Shown here: in pieces, positions 1-11,983 of the stretch
Layout of the letters: every line of letters begins with the position of its first letter
Position numbering within the stretch: the first letter of the stretch is position 1
Source of the DNA: Eledone cirrhosa
Taxonomy: Eukaryota
Length of the DNA: 64,000 nucleotides
Assembly: GCA_964016885.1 (NCBI GenBank)
Contig: OZ024743.1
Span: 328,662,001 to 328,726,000, forward strand
Reading direction: 5' to 3'
The notes under the pieces: model-generated
Seen by the model: the letters and a program-made list of their open reading frames with translations, nothing else
Database searches by the model: none
What the model was told of the DNA's origin: nothing
Position numbers and translations under genes: made by a program

Positions 1-21
1 CGCGTTCCAAACATTTCCTTT

Positions 22-23
<2 letters not shown>

Positions 24-112
<89 letters not shown>
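24..112. repeat. (CA)n microsatellite
   Basis: Pure CA dinucleotide run. Confidence 0.95.
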
Positions 113-114
<2 letters not shown>

Positions 115-131
115 TTAAGTGTTTGAGTCTG

Positions 132-163
<32 letters not shown>

Positions 164-164
164 C

Positions 165-690
165 AGTTATGTATGTGCATGTGTATATGTTTCTGTATCT
201 ATACACGTGTATATGCAACCATTAATGCTAAATTTCTGAAATGTTTTACATATATTTACAGTTCCATTAATTAACTAGCAATTTCTTAACTAGTCGTGTT
301 CTTTCTGGTTCTGCGAAGACCAGCTTCTCAAGATTTGTACTGAGGCAGTTGCTAACATATCCCAGAGCCCCAATAATCACAGGTACAAATCTAAAGGTAT
401 AGTCAGGGTGGAGTATCTACAGATTCCTCATTAGTTCAGCAGAAATGTTCTCCTTTTTACTAATCTTTAGAATTATATTGATATTTGCTGGGCAGATGAT
501 TTGTAACACTGAATGCCTTCTTTCCCACCACTGTGAATGCCTTCTTTCCCACCACTGTACTAGCCTTATTTTCCCTGTCCCATATCACTATGTCTGGTTT
601 GTTCTGTTTGCATTTTATTGGGGTTTTAACAGGAACATTCCACCAATACTCTTCCATATTGTGTATGTATAGGTCCTCCACGTCACTGTA
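165..690 (-). mobile_element. 5'-truncated, degenerate R4/Dong-like non-LTR retrotransposon (family A, REL endonuclease end)
   Basis: ORF 460-681 EYWWNVPVKTPIKCKQNKPDIVIWDRENK matches the C-terminus of the 1400-2629 ORF. Has a small internal tandem duplication and borders a TATG-rich tract. Confidence 0.85.
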
Positions 691-864
691 TTATGTATGT
701 AAGTGTATATGTGTGTATATGTATGTATGTATGTATGGATCGATGGATGGATGTCTGGATGTATGTGTGTGTGTATGTATCTATGTATGATGTAGGTATG
801 CGTGTATATATGTATGTATGTGTGTATATATGTATGTATATGTGTATGTATGTATGTATGTATG

Positions 865-895
<31 letters not shown>

Positions 896-1168
896 TTGTA
901 TGTATGTATCTATGTGTGTGAGTGTGTATGTATGTATAGATATGTATGTGTGTGTGTGTGTGTATATATATATTATTATTATTATTATTATTGTCGTTAT
1001 TATGTTGTTTTTTTCGTGCAATGGCAATACTCGATAACGAGGGAGCAGCCATCATCATGTATGTATGTATGTATGTATGTATGTATGTATGTATGTATGT
1101 ATGTATGTATGTATGTATGTATGTATGTATGTATGTATGTATGTACGTATGTATGTATGTATGTATGT

Positions 1169-3676
1169 AATTATGTTCTTCTGGTTTTATAATTTCACAA
1201 AGTTTTACCAATAGAGAGAGAGTCGGTTTCTAACATAGACACAAGACTCTCTCATTGGAATTGACACAACATCAACTAGGTAGATATGTATGCATGCATG
1301 TGTAGATATGGATGTTATTGTATGTGTGGATGTGGATGTTTTGAGTTGTATGTGTGCATGTGTTTATGCTCTGTATCTGTACATGTGTATATGCAGTTAT
1401 TAGATGCAACATTTTTGGAATGTTTTACATATTTTTACTGTTCCATTAATGGATTGTACTTGTAATTTCCTAACTAGTTGTGTTCTTTCTGTTCCTGTGA
1501 AGCTCGGCTTCTCAAGTTTTGTATTGAGGCAGTTACTAACATATCCCAGTTCCCCAATAATCGCAGGCATAAATCTGAAGGTGTAATCAGGGTGGAGTAT
1601 CTGCAGATTTCTCATCAGTTCTGCATAAATATTCTCCTTTTCGCTAATCTTTGATATTATATTGGCATCTGCTGGGCAGCTAATTTCCACTACTGTGCAT
1701 GTTTTCTTCTCCCTGTCCCATATCATAATATCTGGTCTGTTATGCCTGCATTTTATTGGGGTTTTTACTGGAACATTCCACCAGTACTCTTTCATATTAT
1801 GTACATGGATGTCTTCCACTTTGCTGTAACTTTTAATGTGTTTATTGTCGGGGCTATCTTTTTTACGAACTGCATTGTACAGTGTTTTGGCCACTATATC
1901 ATGCCTCATAGGTAAATAGTACAGCGATGACATATTTGGACAGCTGCTGATGACATGGGTGATATCCTCGATGTTAGTTCTGCAGAGTCTGCACTTGTTA
2001 TCACATCTAGGTGTTTTGCCTGCATCCCTATCTCTTTTGTGAATCAGGTATTTAGTGCTAATCTCCTGTTCTTGGATTGAAAAAGCGTATCCTTCAAAGT
2101 GGGAGCCAATATAGCGGTTGTTGGTCCAAGATAGACTACTTTCCTTATCTATATTACTCTCACTCTGGAGCTTCCTGGCAACATATCCATGCATGATTTT
2201 TTGCTGATAGGCATGCAGTTTTTCATCCATGGATTCACTGCGATACTGCTGAGCGACATCCCTGGGTGTGAGTTTTTGATTATCACACAGGGAATATCTC
2301 TCAAGGAGTTCCTTCCCAACTCTCATGATCTTATCTGTTTCATGCAGATAGACTTGCTCGAGAAGCGGGCTCCTACGCTTCGAGGTTCGTAGATGTTGTC
2401 GGATAGATATGATGCAACATTCAAATGTTGTCTGGACTGATGTTAGGCCTCTGCCTCCCTGCTTACGTTTCAAGTAAAGGCGGTCTATGTCACTGTTGAT
2501 GTGGAAGTTTCCGGTGTTGTTCAGTATTTTTCGAGTTCCAACATCAACTGTTCGGATTTCGTCTATCGTCCAATTGAGTATTCCAAACGCTGGTGTTAGG
2601 ACAGGCACAGCAAACACAATGTGAGCCACTGTTTTGTTTTGCGCAGAGAGTTCCGATGACCAGATCTTTCTTAATCAGGTGTAGTATTCCTGGTTACGCG
2701 TTCTTTATTACAGATACCATTATAGGATATGTTCTCATCTATCCCCAGGTATCTGTAGCAGTCCTCATCAGATATCGGTGAAACAGTTAGGCCATTGATG
2801 ACAATGTTGTTAGATTGGGTTGTTGTTTTTCCCCGCTTTACAGTCATGTATGAGCATTTATCTTGGCCAAACTCCATTCCTATATACTTTGAGAACGTTG
2901 TAACCAGGTCAAGACTTTTATTCATCCCATCCATGTTCTTGGCATAGAGTTTCAGATCGTCCACAAAGAAATTATGGGTTAGGTTCGTATTTCTGTCCTC
3001 CTGTGAGCCAATGATGTATCCCTCACATTTCTTGAGCAGAAAGGACAAGGGGTTTAATGACAAGATGAATAATATCACAGAGAGACTGTCCCCCTGAAAT
3101 ATACCCCTGCAATATTTTATTTTATCAGTGAAAATAGAGTCCTCCCTCTCTGTCTTTAACCTTAGGATAGTAGCCCAAGAAGAAGTCAACTTCTCTATGG
3201 CTCTGACAATAATGTCTGCGACTTTAGCAAGTTGGAGGGCCTCTATCATCCAAGAGTGGGGAACAGAATCGAAAGCTTTCCTGTAGTCCAGAGAGACTGT
3301 AGCCATATTCCTCCTAAGTTGTCGCATCTCCGACATCGCAGTTTTGTTGATTAGGAGTTGTTCAGCACATCCCCAAACCCCTTTCTTTCCAGCTGCTTGT
3401 TTATTTGTGATGATGTTATTATTTTCACAGTGATCTTGGAGGAATAGGTTCAGGCAGGCTGTATACATCTTATACATCAGGTTCTGGCATGCAATGGGTC
3501 GGTAGTTTTTTGCCAAGTGGGTGTCTTTGTTCTGGGAGACCAGTAATGTTTGTCCTAATGTCAACCATTCTGGTATAATCATATCTTGTTGGTAGAGGTC
3601 AGTAAGATACTTCCGATAGAATATCAGTTTTTTGTACCAGTAGCCGACAATCATGTCTCTTCCTGGTATTTTCTTA
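1169..3676 (-). mobile_element. R4/Dong-clade non-LTR retrotransposon (family A): RT + CCHC zinc finger + REL endonuclease; 5'-truncated, frameshift near 2690
   Basis: RT motifs NYRPIAC, DYRKAFDSVPH, GIFQGDSLS, FFVDD, YRYLG (2671-3654). CRLC..HVISSC, RHD and RPDIMIWD..VEISCP (1400-2629). Both ends abut (ATGT)n. 3'UTR is shared with the copy at 42752. Confidence 0.92.
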
Positions 3677-3710
3677 TGTATGTATGTATGTATGTATGTA
3701 TGTATGTATG

Positions 3711-4675
3711 TTATCTCTTTCTCTTAATTTCGAGCATATTTTTTTGACGGTTGACAAGGTTGTAAAAGAAAAGAAATTGTCATCCCTTGAATCGCAAGAA
3801 TTTTTTTGCAAATTTTGAAGGTGCCAGCTTCGCAGCCATTTGTAGGGTATGAATTAGGGAGCTGCGCTCTTTGTCCGCAAATCCAAGTTCAGTCATACTT
3901 TGGTCCAAGCGGGTTGGTATATAACCCGTAGCTCCAATAATGATGGGTATGAAGCTAAAGGTGTATCTTGGATATTGGATTTATAAACTCCTCATCAATG
4001 GTCCGTAGATGTTCTTCTCCTCCTATATTTTTTTGACAACGTTTACATCAAGTGGGCAGCTGATCTCCACAACAGAACACGTTTTCAATGTGTGGTCCCA
4101 AACAACAATATCAGGCCGGTTTTGCTTTAATTTGGTGGTAGTTTTTATTTTCAGGTTCCACCAGTATTCCTTAGTGCCATCTGTCTCAATATATTCTTCC
4201 TCGTTTGTTTTCAATTTTGTTTTCCGAAGTGCGTTCCAGATGGTTCTAGCTATCCTATCGTGTCTCATGGGGAGGTAGTAGCGAGATGACATTCTTTCGC
4301 AGCTGGCAACAATGTGGCTTACATCCTCGATCTTTGTTTTACATAGCCTACATTTATTGTCAGCTGATGGCCCTCCCCTTTTGTGCAGCAGATATTTGGT
4401 AGGGAGTTCTTGTTCCTGTATTGCATAGAGATATCCCTCAAGGTGTGATGTCATAAACTTGTCGGAACTCCATGCCAGGCTTTTTGAGTGGTTTATCCCC
4501 TCTATGGTCTGTGTTTTACGTCTCAAGTATCCATGCACAACTTTTTCTGTAAATTGGTCAATTTTTTCATCTTGTTTGAACATTGAATAGGATCTTCCGA
4601 TTTCTCTGGGTGAGAGATTTATATCAGGCTTTATTCCATATCTCTCCTCCAGATCAGTGGCTATTCTGATGATAT
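3711..4675 (-). mobile_element. 5'-truncated R4/Dong-like retrotransposon, second family (B)
   Basis: AIQEQELPTKYL, CRLCKTKIEDVSHIVASC, RHD and RPDIVVWD..VEISCP, with in-frame stops near the C-terminus. 3'UTR is unrelated to family A. Both ends lie in (ATGT)n. Confidence 0.9.
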
Positions 4676-4763
4676 GTATGTATGTATGTGTGTATGTATG
4701 TATGTATGTATGTATGTATGTATGTATGTATGTATGTATGTATGTATGTATGTATGTATGTAT

Positions 4764-5217
4764 GGGCAAGGGAGCTCTTAAGAGTCAATAGCCATCCCAA
4801 ATCACCGGGAGAGATGACCCCTTAGCCTTTGTCAAGGCAGAATTCTAGGAGAAGGAAAACTCTGATATAACACCTGCAACCCTGATGGTATCCAATGATG
4901 TTGACTTGTTCTTCTTTTTGGTAAATATCATCTTGGTTAAGAGAGTGGGACTGGCTTTGTGCAGTGCCTTTGCTCACTATAAAAGCTTCACAGCACAGGC
5001 ATTGCTTTATATCTGGAGATCTCTCTGCACTTGTCATCACATGGTACCATGGGCCCTGCACTATGTGTCAATAATGGTCACAAGTGTAGTCTTTATACCA
5101 GAGTTTTCAAGTCGCTGGCTGGACTAAAAAGTCACATTCGTTCAGCGCATCGGTAGGGGTTCTCCTACATGGATATAAAGTAGTGGCCGTACTCGAAAAC
5201 GAGTTGGCAGCCACCAT
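4764..5217 (+). mobile_element. Non-autonomous RTE-like retroelement (family C), 5'-truncated, with (ATGT)n tail
   Basis: Near-identical to 5267-5620 and 43410-44018. Ends ctcg-aaaa-cgag..gcagccacc followed by (ATGT)n. Contains ctaggagaaggaaaactctga, which I recall as typical of RTE 5' regions. Confidence 0.7.
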
Positions 5218-5266
5218 GTATGTATGTATGTATGTATGTATGTATGTATGTATGTATGTATGTATG

Positions 5267-5620
5267 TATATAACACCTGCAACCCTGATGGTATCCAATG
5301 ATGTTGACTTGTTCTTCTTTTTGGTAAATATCATCTTGGTTAAGAGAGTGGGACTGGCTTTGTGCAGTGCCTTTGCTCACTATAAAAGCTTCACGGCACG
5401 GGCATTGCTTTATATCTGGAGATCTCTCTGCACTCGTCGTCACATGGTACTATGGGCCCAGCACTATGTGTCAATAATTGTCACAACTGTAGTGTTTGTA
5501 CCAGAGTTTTCAAGTCGCTGGCTTGACTAAAAAGTCACACTCGTTCAGCGCATCGGTAGGGGTTCTCCTACATGGATATAAAGTAGTGGCCGTACTCGAA
5601 AACGAGTGGGCAGCCACCAT
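5267..5620 (+). mobile_element. Second, shorter family C copy in tandem
   Basis: Direct repeat of 4866-5217 with the same 3' end and tail. Confidence 0.75.
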
Positions 5621-5759
5621 GTATGTATGTATGTATGTTTGTATGTATGTATGTATGTATGTATGTATGTATGTATGTATGTTCATGTCAGAAGTTTCAC
5701 ATTTTTTAAGATTCACTCCAGTGAATGGTGGAATATTTCCAGTTATCTTCCTTAAACGA

Positions 5760-6279
5760 AAACAACAACACCAAAATCAACAACAACATCAGCAACAACA
5801 ACAACACCAAAATCAATAACAAAACAGCATCAACATCAGCAACAACAACAATAACAACACAAAACCACAAAACCAAGATCAGCAACAAAAGCATCAGCAA
5901 CAACAACATAAAAAATAACAACAACAACAAAATCAAGACCAACACAACAACAACAACAACAACAACAAAATCAACAACAACAACAAAAACAACAACAACA
6001 ACAACAACAACAGCAGCAACAACATCAAAAATAATAACAGAATCAACATCAGCAGCAGCAACAACTATATCACAACTACAACTACAGCAATAACATTAAA
6101 ACCAATAACAGCAACAACATCATCATCATCAACAACAACATCAAAAACAACAACAAAATCAAAACCAACACAACAACAACAAAAGTAATAACAACAAAAA
6201 AAAACAACAGCAACAATATCAAAAACAATAACAGAATCAGCAACAACACAACAACAACTAGCGACAACATTGTCAACAC

Positions 6280-6310
<31 letters not shown>

Positions 6311-6696
6311 CTCCATTCTCCAAACAGAACACCAACACACCACCAACACCACCACCACCACTACCACCACTACCACCACCACCACCACCACCACCACCAC
6401 CACCACCACCACCAACACCAACACGCCACGACCACCACCACCACCACCACCACCATCAACAACAACAACAACACTCCATTCTCCAAACACAACAACACCA
6501 ACACCATCACCACCACCACAACACAACACCAACACACCACCACCACCACCACCTCCACCAACAACAACACTCCATTCTCCAAACACAACACCAACACACC
6601 ACCACCACCAACACCACCACCTCCACCACCAACAACAACACTCCATTCTCCAAACACAACAACACCAACACCACCACCACCAACACCACCACCACC

Positions 6697-6728
<32 letters not shown>

Positions 6729-7007
6729 CAACAACACTCCATTCTCCAAACAACAACACCAACACCATCACCACCAACACAACACAACACCAACACACCA
6801 CCACCACCAACACAACACCACCACCACCACCACAACCTCCACCAACAACAACACTCCATTCTCCAAACACAACACCAACACACCACCACCACCAACACAA
6901 CACCACCACCACCACCACCACCACCTCCACCAACAACAACACTCCATTCTCCAAACAACAACACCAACACCACCACCACCAACACCACCACCACCACCAC
7001 CACCACC

Positions 7008-7039
<32 letters not shown>

Positions 7040-7177
7040 CACTCCATTCTCCAAACAACAACACCAACACCATCACCACCAACACAACACAACACCAACA
7101 CACCACCACCACCACCACCACCACCACCACCAACAACAACACTCCATTCTCCAAACACAACACCAACACACCAACAC

Positions 7178-7208
<31 letters not shown>

Positions 7209-7251
7209 CTCCATTCTCCAAACACAACACCAACACACCACCACCACCAAC

Positions 7252-7283
<32 letters not shown>

Positions 7284-7319
7284 CACTCCATTCTCCAAAC
7301 ACAACAACACACCACCACC

Positions 7320-7350
<31 letters not shown>

Positions 7351-7990
7351 CAACACCAACAAGACCACCACCTCCACCAACAACAACAATCCATTCTCCA
7401 AACACACCAACACCACCACCACCAACACAATACAACACCAACACACCACCACCACCACCACCACCACCAACAACAACAACACAACACCAACAACACCACC
7501 ACCTCCACCAACAACAACACTCCATTCTCCAAACACAACAACACCAACGCCACCACCAACACCAACACAACACCACCACCACCACCACCTCCACCAACAA
7601 CAACACTCCATTCTCCAAACACAACACCAACACACCACCAACAACAACAACACAACACCACCACCACTACCACCTCCACCACCACCACCACCACCTCCAC
7701 CAACAACAACACTCCATTCTCCAAACACAACACCAACACCCTACCACCACCACCACCACCACCACCAACAACAACACTCCATTCTCCAAACACAACACAC
7801 CACCACCAACACCACCACCACCAACAACAACAACACTCCACTCTCCAAACACAACACAACACCACCAACACACCACCACCACCACCAACAACAACAACAC
7901 TCCATTCTCCAAATACAACACACCACCACCACCACCACCACCACCACCACCACCAACAACAACAACACTCCATTCTCCAAACACAACACC

Positions 7991-8021
<31 letters not shown>

Positions 8022-8171
8022 CCCCATTCTCCAAACACAACACCACCACCACCACCACCACCACCAACAACAACACTCCACTCTCCAAACACAACACAAC
8101 ACCACCAACACCACCACCACCAACACCACCACCAACAACAACACTCCATTCTCCAAACACAACAACACACC

Positions 8172-8202
<31 letters not shown>

Positions 8203-9197
8203 CTCCATTCTCCAAATACAACACACCACCACCACCACCACCAACAACAACAACACTCCACTCTCCAAACACAACACCAACACAACACCACCAACACACC
8301 ACCACCACCAACAACAACACTCCACTCTCCAAACACAACACCACCACAACACCACCAACACCACCACCACCACCACCAACAACAACACTCCACTCTCCAA
8401 ACACAACACCAACACAACACAACACCACCACAACACCACCACCACCACCACCAACAACAACACTCCACTCTCCAAACACAACACCAACACAACACAACAC
8501 CACCACAACACCAACACCACCAACAACAACAACACTCCACTCTCCAAACACAACACCAACACAACACAACACCACCACAACACCACCACCACCACCAACA
8601 ACAACACTCCACTCTCCAAACACAACACCAACACAACACAACACCACCACAACACCACCACCACCACCACCAACAACAACACTCCACTCTCCAAACACAA
8701 CACCAACACAACACAACACCACCACAACACCAACACCACCAACAACAACAACACTCCACTCTCCAAACACAACACCAACACAACACAACACCACCACAAC
8801 ACCAACACCACCAACAACAACAACACTCCACTCTCCAAACACAACACCAACACAACACAACACCAACACAACACCACCAACACACCACCACCACCAACAA
8901 CAACACTCCACTCTCCAAACACAACACCACCACAACACCACCAACACCACCACCACCACCACCACCAACAACAACACTCCACTCTCCAAACACAACACAA
9001 CACCACCACAACACCACCACCACCACCAACAACAACACTCCACTCTCCAAACACAACACCAACACAACACAACACCACCACAACACCAACACCACCAACA
9101 ACAACAACACTCCACTCTCCAAACACAACACCAACACAACACAACACCACCACAACACCAACACCACCACCAACAACAATACTTCATTCTCCAAACC
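5760..9197. repeat. Compound CAA/CAC repeat array with recurring anchor ACTCCA(T/C)TCTCCAAAC
   Basis: Dozens of copies of a fixed anchor separated by variable CAC/CAA tracts. Accounts for the 980-aa low-complexity ORF. Confidence 0.92.
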
Positions 9198-9325
9198 AGA
9201 AAGGATCCCTGATCCCTGAATCTATAGAAAGTGTTGTAATCACCAAGTCGTTTGTTTTCTGGCAGGAATTTCGGCAGATAATTCTGTTATGGTGAGAATG
9301 TGTGTCAGAAGAATTTATTGTATTA

Positions 9326-9957
9326 ATAATTGTTTCTACTTTTGGCACAAGGCCAGCATTTGCCCAGTACATTACTGGTACTTTATTTTATCGACCCCGT
9401 AAGGATGAAAGGAAAAGTTTACCTCGGCGGGATTTGAACTGAGATCGTAAAGGGACGTAACTCTATGCTGCAAATATATAATTGTTTCTACTTTTGGCAC
9501 AAGGCCAGCATTTGCCCAGTACATTACTGGTACTTTATTTTATCGACCCCGTAAGGATGAAAGGAAAAGTTTACCTCGGCGGGATTTGAACTGAGATCGT
9601 AAAGGGACGTAACTCTATGCTGCAAATATATAATTGTTTCTACTTTTGGCACAAGGCCAGCATTTGCCCAGTACATTACTGGTACTTTATTTTATCGACC
9701 CCGTAAGGATGAAAGGAAAAGTTTACCTGGGCGGGATTTGAACTGAGATCGTAAATGGACGTAACTCTATGCTGCAAATATATAATTGTTTCTACTTTTG
9801 GCACAAGGCCAGCAATTACTCAGTACATTACTGGTACTTTATTTTATCGACCCCGTAAGGATGAAAGGCAAAGTTGACCTCGACGGGATTTGAACTCATA
9901 CCGTAATAGGACGTAACTATGCTAGAAAGCATGGCGTCCAACCCTCTACCGATACTG
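9326..9957 (-). mobile_element. Tandemly amplified tRNA-derived SINE: three 152-bp partial units plus one longer copy
   Basis: attgtttctac recurs at 9329, 9481, 9633 and 9785. Confidence 0.88.
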
Positions 9958-9977
9958 CGTATTAATAATATGATGAG

Positions 9978-10197
9978 GGCGGTAGATTGGCAGTATCGGT
10001 AGAGGGTCGGACGCCATGCTTGCAGCATAGAGTTACGGCCCTTGTCATTCTGAGTTCAAATCCCGCCGAGGTTAACTTTGCCTTTCATCCTTACGGGATC
10101 GATAAAATAAAGTACCAGTCACGCACTGGGGTCGATTTAATCGACTTACCCCTCCTCTCAAATTACTGGCCTTGTGCCTATATAAGAAACCATTAAT
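9978..10197 (+). mobile_element. Full-length tRNA-derived SINE (dominant family of the window)
   Basis: Box A TGGCAGTATCGG (9988), box B GAGTTCAAATCC (10052), conserved core gcctttcatccttacggg..cgataaaataaagtaccag, and a TAA/ATT-type tail. At least 15 copies or fragments in the window. Confidence 0.88.
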
Positions 10198-10659
10198 AAT
10201 ATGATGTACTTGAGTATTTCTTGAAGTACGTGTGGCTGTTAGGTGGCCTGGAGTGTGTTATGTTTGTGCTAGAGAGAGGGAGAAAGGGAGGGATACACAC
10301 ACAGAGACACGCACACACACACACGCACGCACACACACACATATATATACATATACATAGATTCATGCATATACGTACATATACGTATATGTATATATAT
10401 ATACGTATATGTACGTATATATGATGTTGCTGTTGTTGTTGCTGTTGTTGTTGTTGCTGATGCTGCTGTTGCTGCTGTTGTTGGTTTTGATGTTGTTGTT
10501 GCTGCTGCTGCTGCTATTGTCTTTGGTGTTTTGTGTTATTACTGTATATATATATATGCGCGCGTGTGTGTATATAAAAGGTAAACAGAAATAACAAAGC
10601 AATATATAATATATTGCTTTGTTATTTCTGTTTACCTTTTATACACACATTCACACATG

Positions 10660-10864
10660 GTGTCTTATATAGGCACAAGGCCAGCAATTTTGGAGGGAGG
10701 GAAAAGTCGCTGAAATCGACCCCAGTACGTTACTGGTACTCTATTCTATCGACCCCGTAAGGATGAAAAGCAAAGTTACCCTCGGCGGGATTTGAACTCA
10801 GAATGGCAAGGGCCGTAACGCTATGCTAGAAACATGGCGTCCAATCCTCTACCGATACTGCCAA
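10660..10864 (-). mobile_element. SINE copy
   Basis: Reverse complement of the 9978-10197 family. Confidence 0.85.
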
Positions 10865-10948
10865 TTAATAATAATAATTGCTTCTACTTTTGAATAATAG
10901 TAATGATAATAAATAAGAGAGACAGTTTTATTCGTACATCCCTATTTT

Positions 10949-11020
10949 ATTCGTTATACGTATTTCGAAGATGTAAGGTAGTTATATAATATCTGCCTTA
11001 CATGTTCCCTTCAGACAAAT
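10949..11020 (-). ncRNA. Type I minimal hammerhead ribozyme motif (A9G variant)
   Basis: AUUUGU-CUGAAGG-[15-bp stem II, 2 mismatches]-GAAA-U-ACGU-A-UA-ACGAAU, followed by AATAAA. Confidence 0.7.
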
Positions 11021-11490
11021 ATACAAACGAGATGTAATATTCCATTGATATGTAGGAACTACTAATCTATTTTTTTTATTTTTTTATATTTCCGGACTAG
11101 ATTTTATTCACTTAGATATGAATTTTAACTTTAGATATTTGTACTTTGATGGTGATGTTATGATGTATCTATATATTTATGAATGGTTAATTAATTATTT
11201 GATGGTTTAATAAATATTATTTACGGATGTTTTAACCTATTATTTGCGGATGTTTTAACCTACTCTGCGGAATGTCATATTTTGTGTAAACAAGTATTAA
11301 ATGTGTCAAAGCGTTTATTAATAATTTTGTGCCTACTATTTATGACGTGTAAAGTCTCTGAAGTAGAGAGATCACACCCTGAAGATATAGATCCATTTAT
11401 TCCGCACCGTCATAAAGTACATATAAGAAGAAATGTTGACGGAAAATTCACATATGTTCAAACTTCTCACATAATATACGATAAGAATAT

Positions 11491-11538
11491 TTAATGTTTG
11501 ATAAGCTTGATATAACTATCGAAACCGGTAATAGTTGA
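11491..11538 (+). ncRNA. Degenerate minimal hammerhead motif (U3-A8 core)
   Basis: UUGAUAA-G...C-GAAA-CCGG-UA. Stems I and II are imperfect. Confidence 0.45.
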
Positions 11539-11906
11539 GAAAATTTAAATGTACTTAATGTAACAATTATAAAATTATTTATTCCGTCGGATTAAGTATA
11601 CTTCTGTGCTTTATCACTCCCGTTGGTGGCATCCCTTTCTGCTTAGTTTTGGTTATGTTAGGGGTGTAGCCGTACTCACCAAGTTTCGCCTACTGCGAAT
11701 TGGTGAAGGTATGTGTGAGTGTGTATGTATATTTAAGTATATTTAAAAGATTATTTCTTTCTTTAATCCAACACAATGAATAATTTGATTATTGTTACAA
11801 TAAGTGGGTTTATATTTTGTCAAATATTACCGGTTTTACATATATATATATGTATATTCCACACACACATACACAAACACACACGCGCGCACACACACAC
11901 ACACTC

Positions 11907-11982
<76 letters not shown>

Positions 11983-11983
<1 letters not shown>

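Noticed and set aside
6270-9212. 980-aa His/Gln/Thr/Pro ORF (and antisense ORFs) as an extensin- or mucin-like gene
   Set aside because: C/A-only repeat lacks stops in most frames; the anchor is read in all three frames; no signal peptide or true ATG start.
9978-10070. SINE heads as functional tRNA genes (also 12890-12962, 20549-20620, 27460-27520)
   Set aside because: Box A/B present, but no cloverleaf with a paired acceptor stem; the longer copies continue into SINE body sequence.
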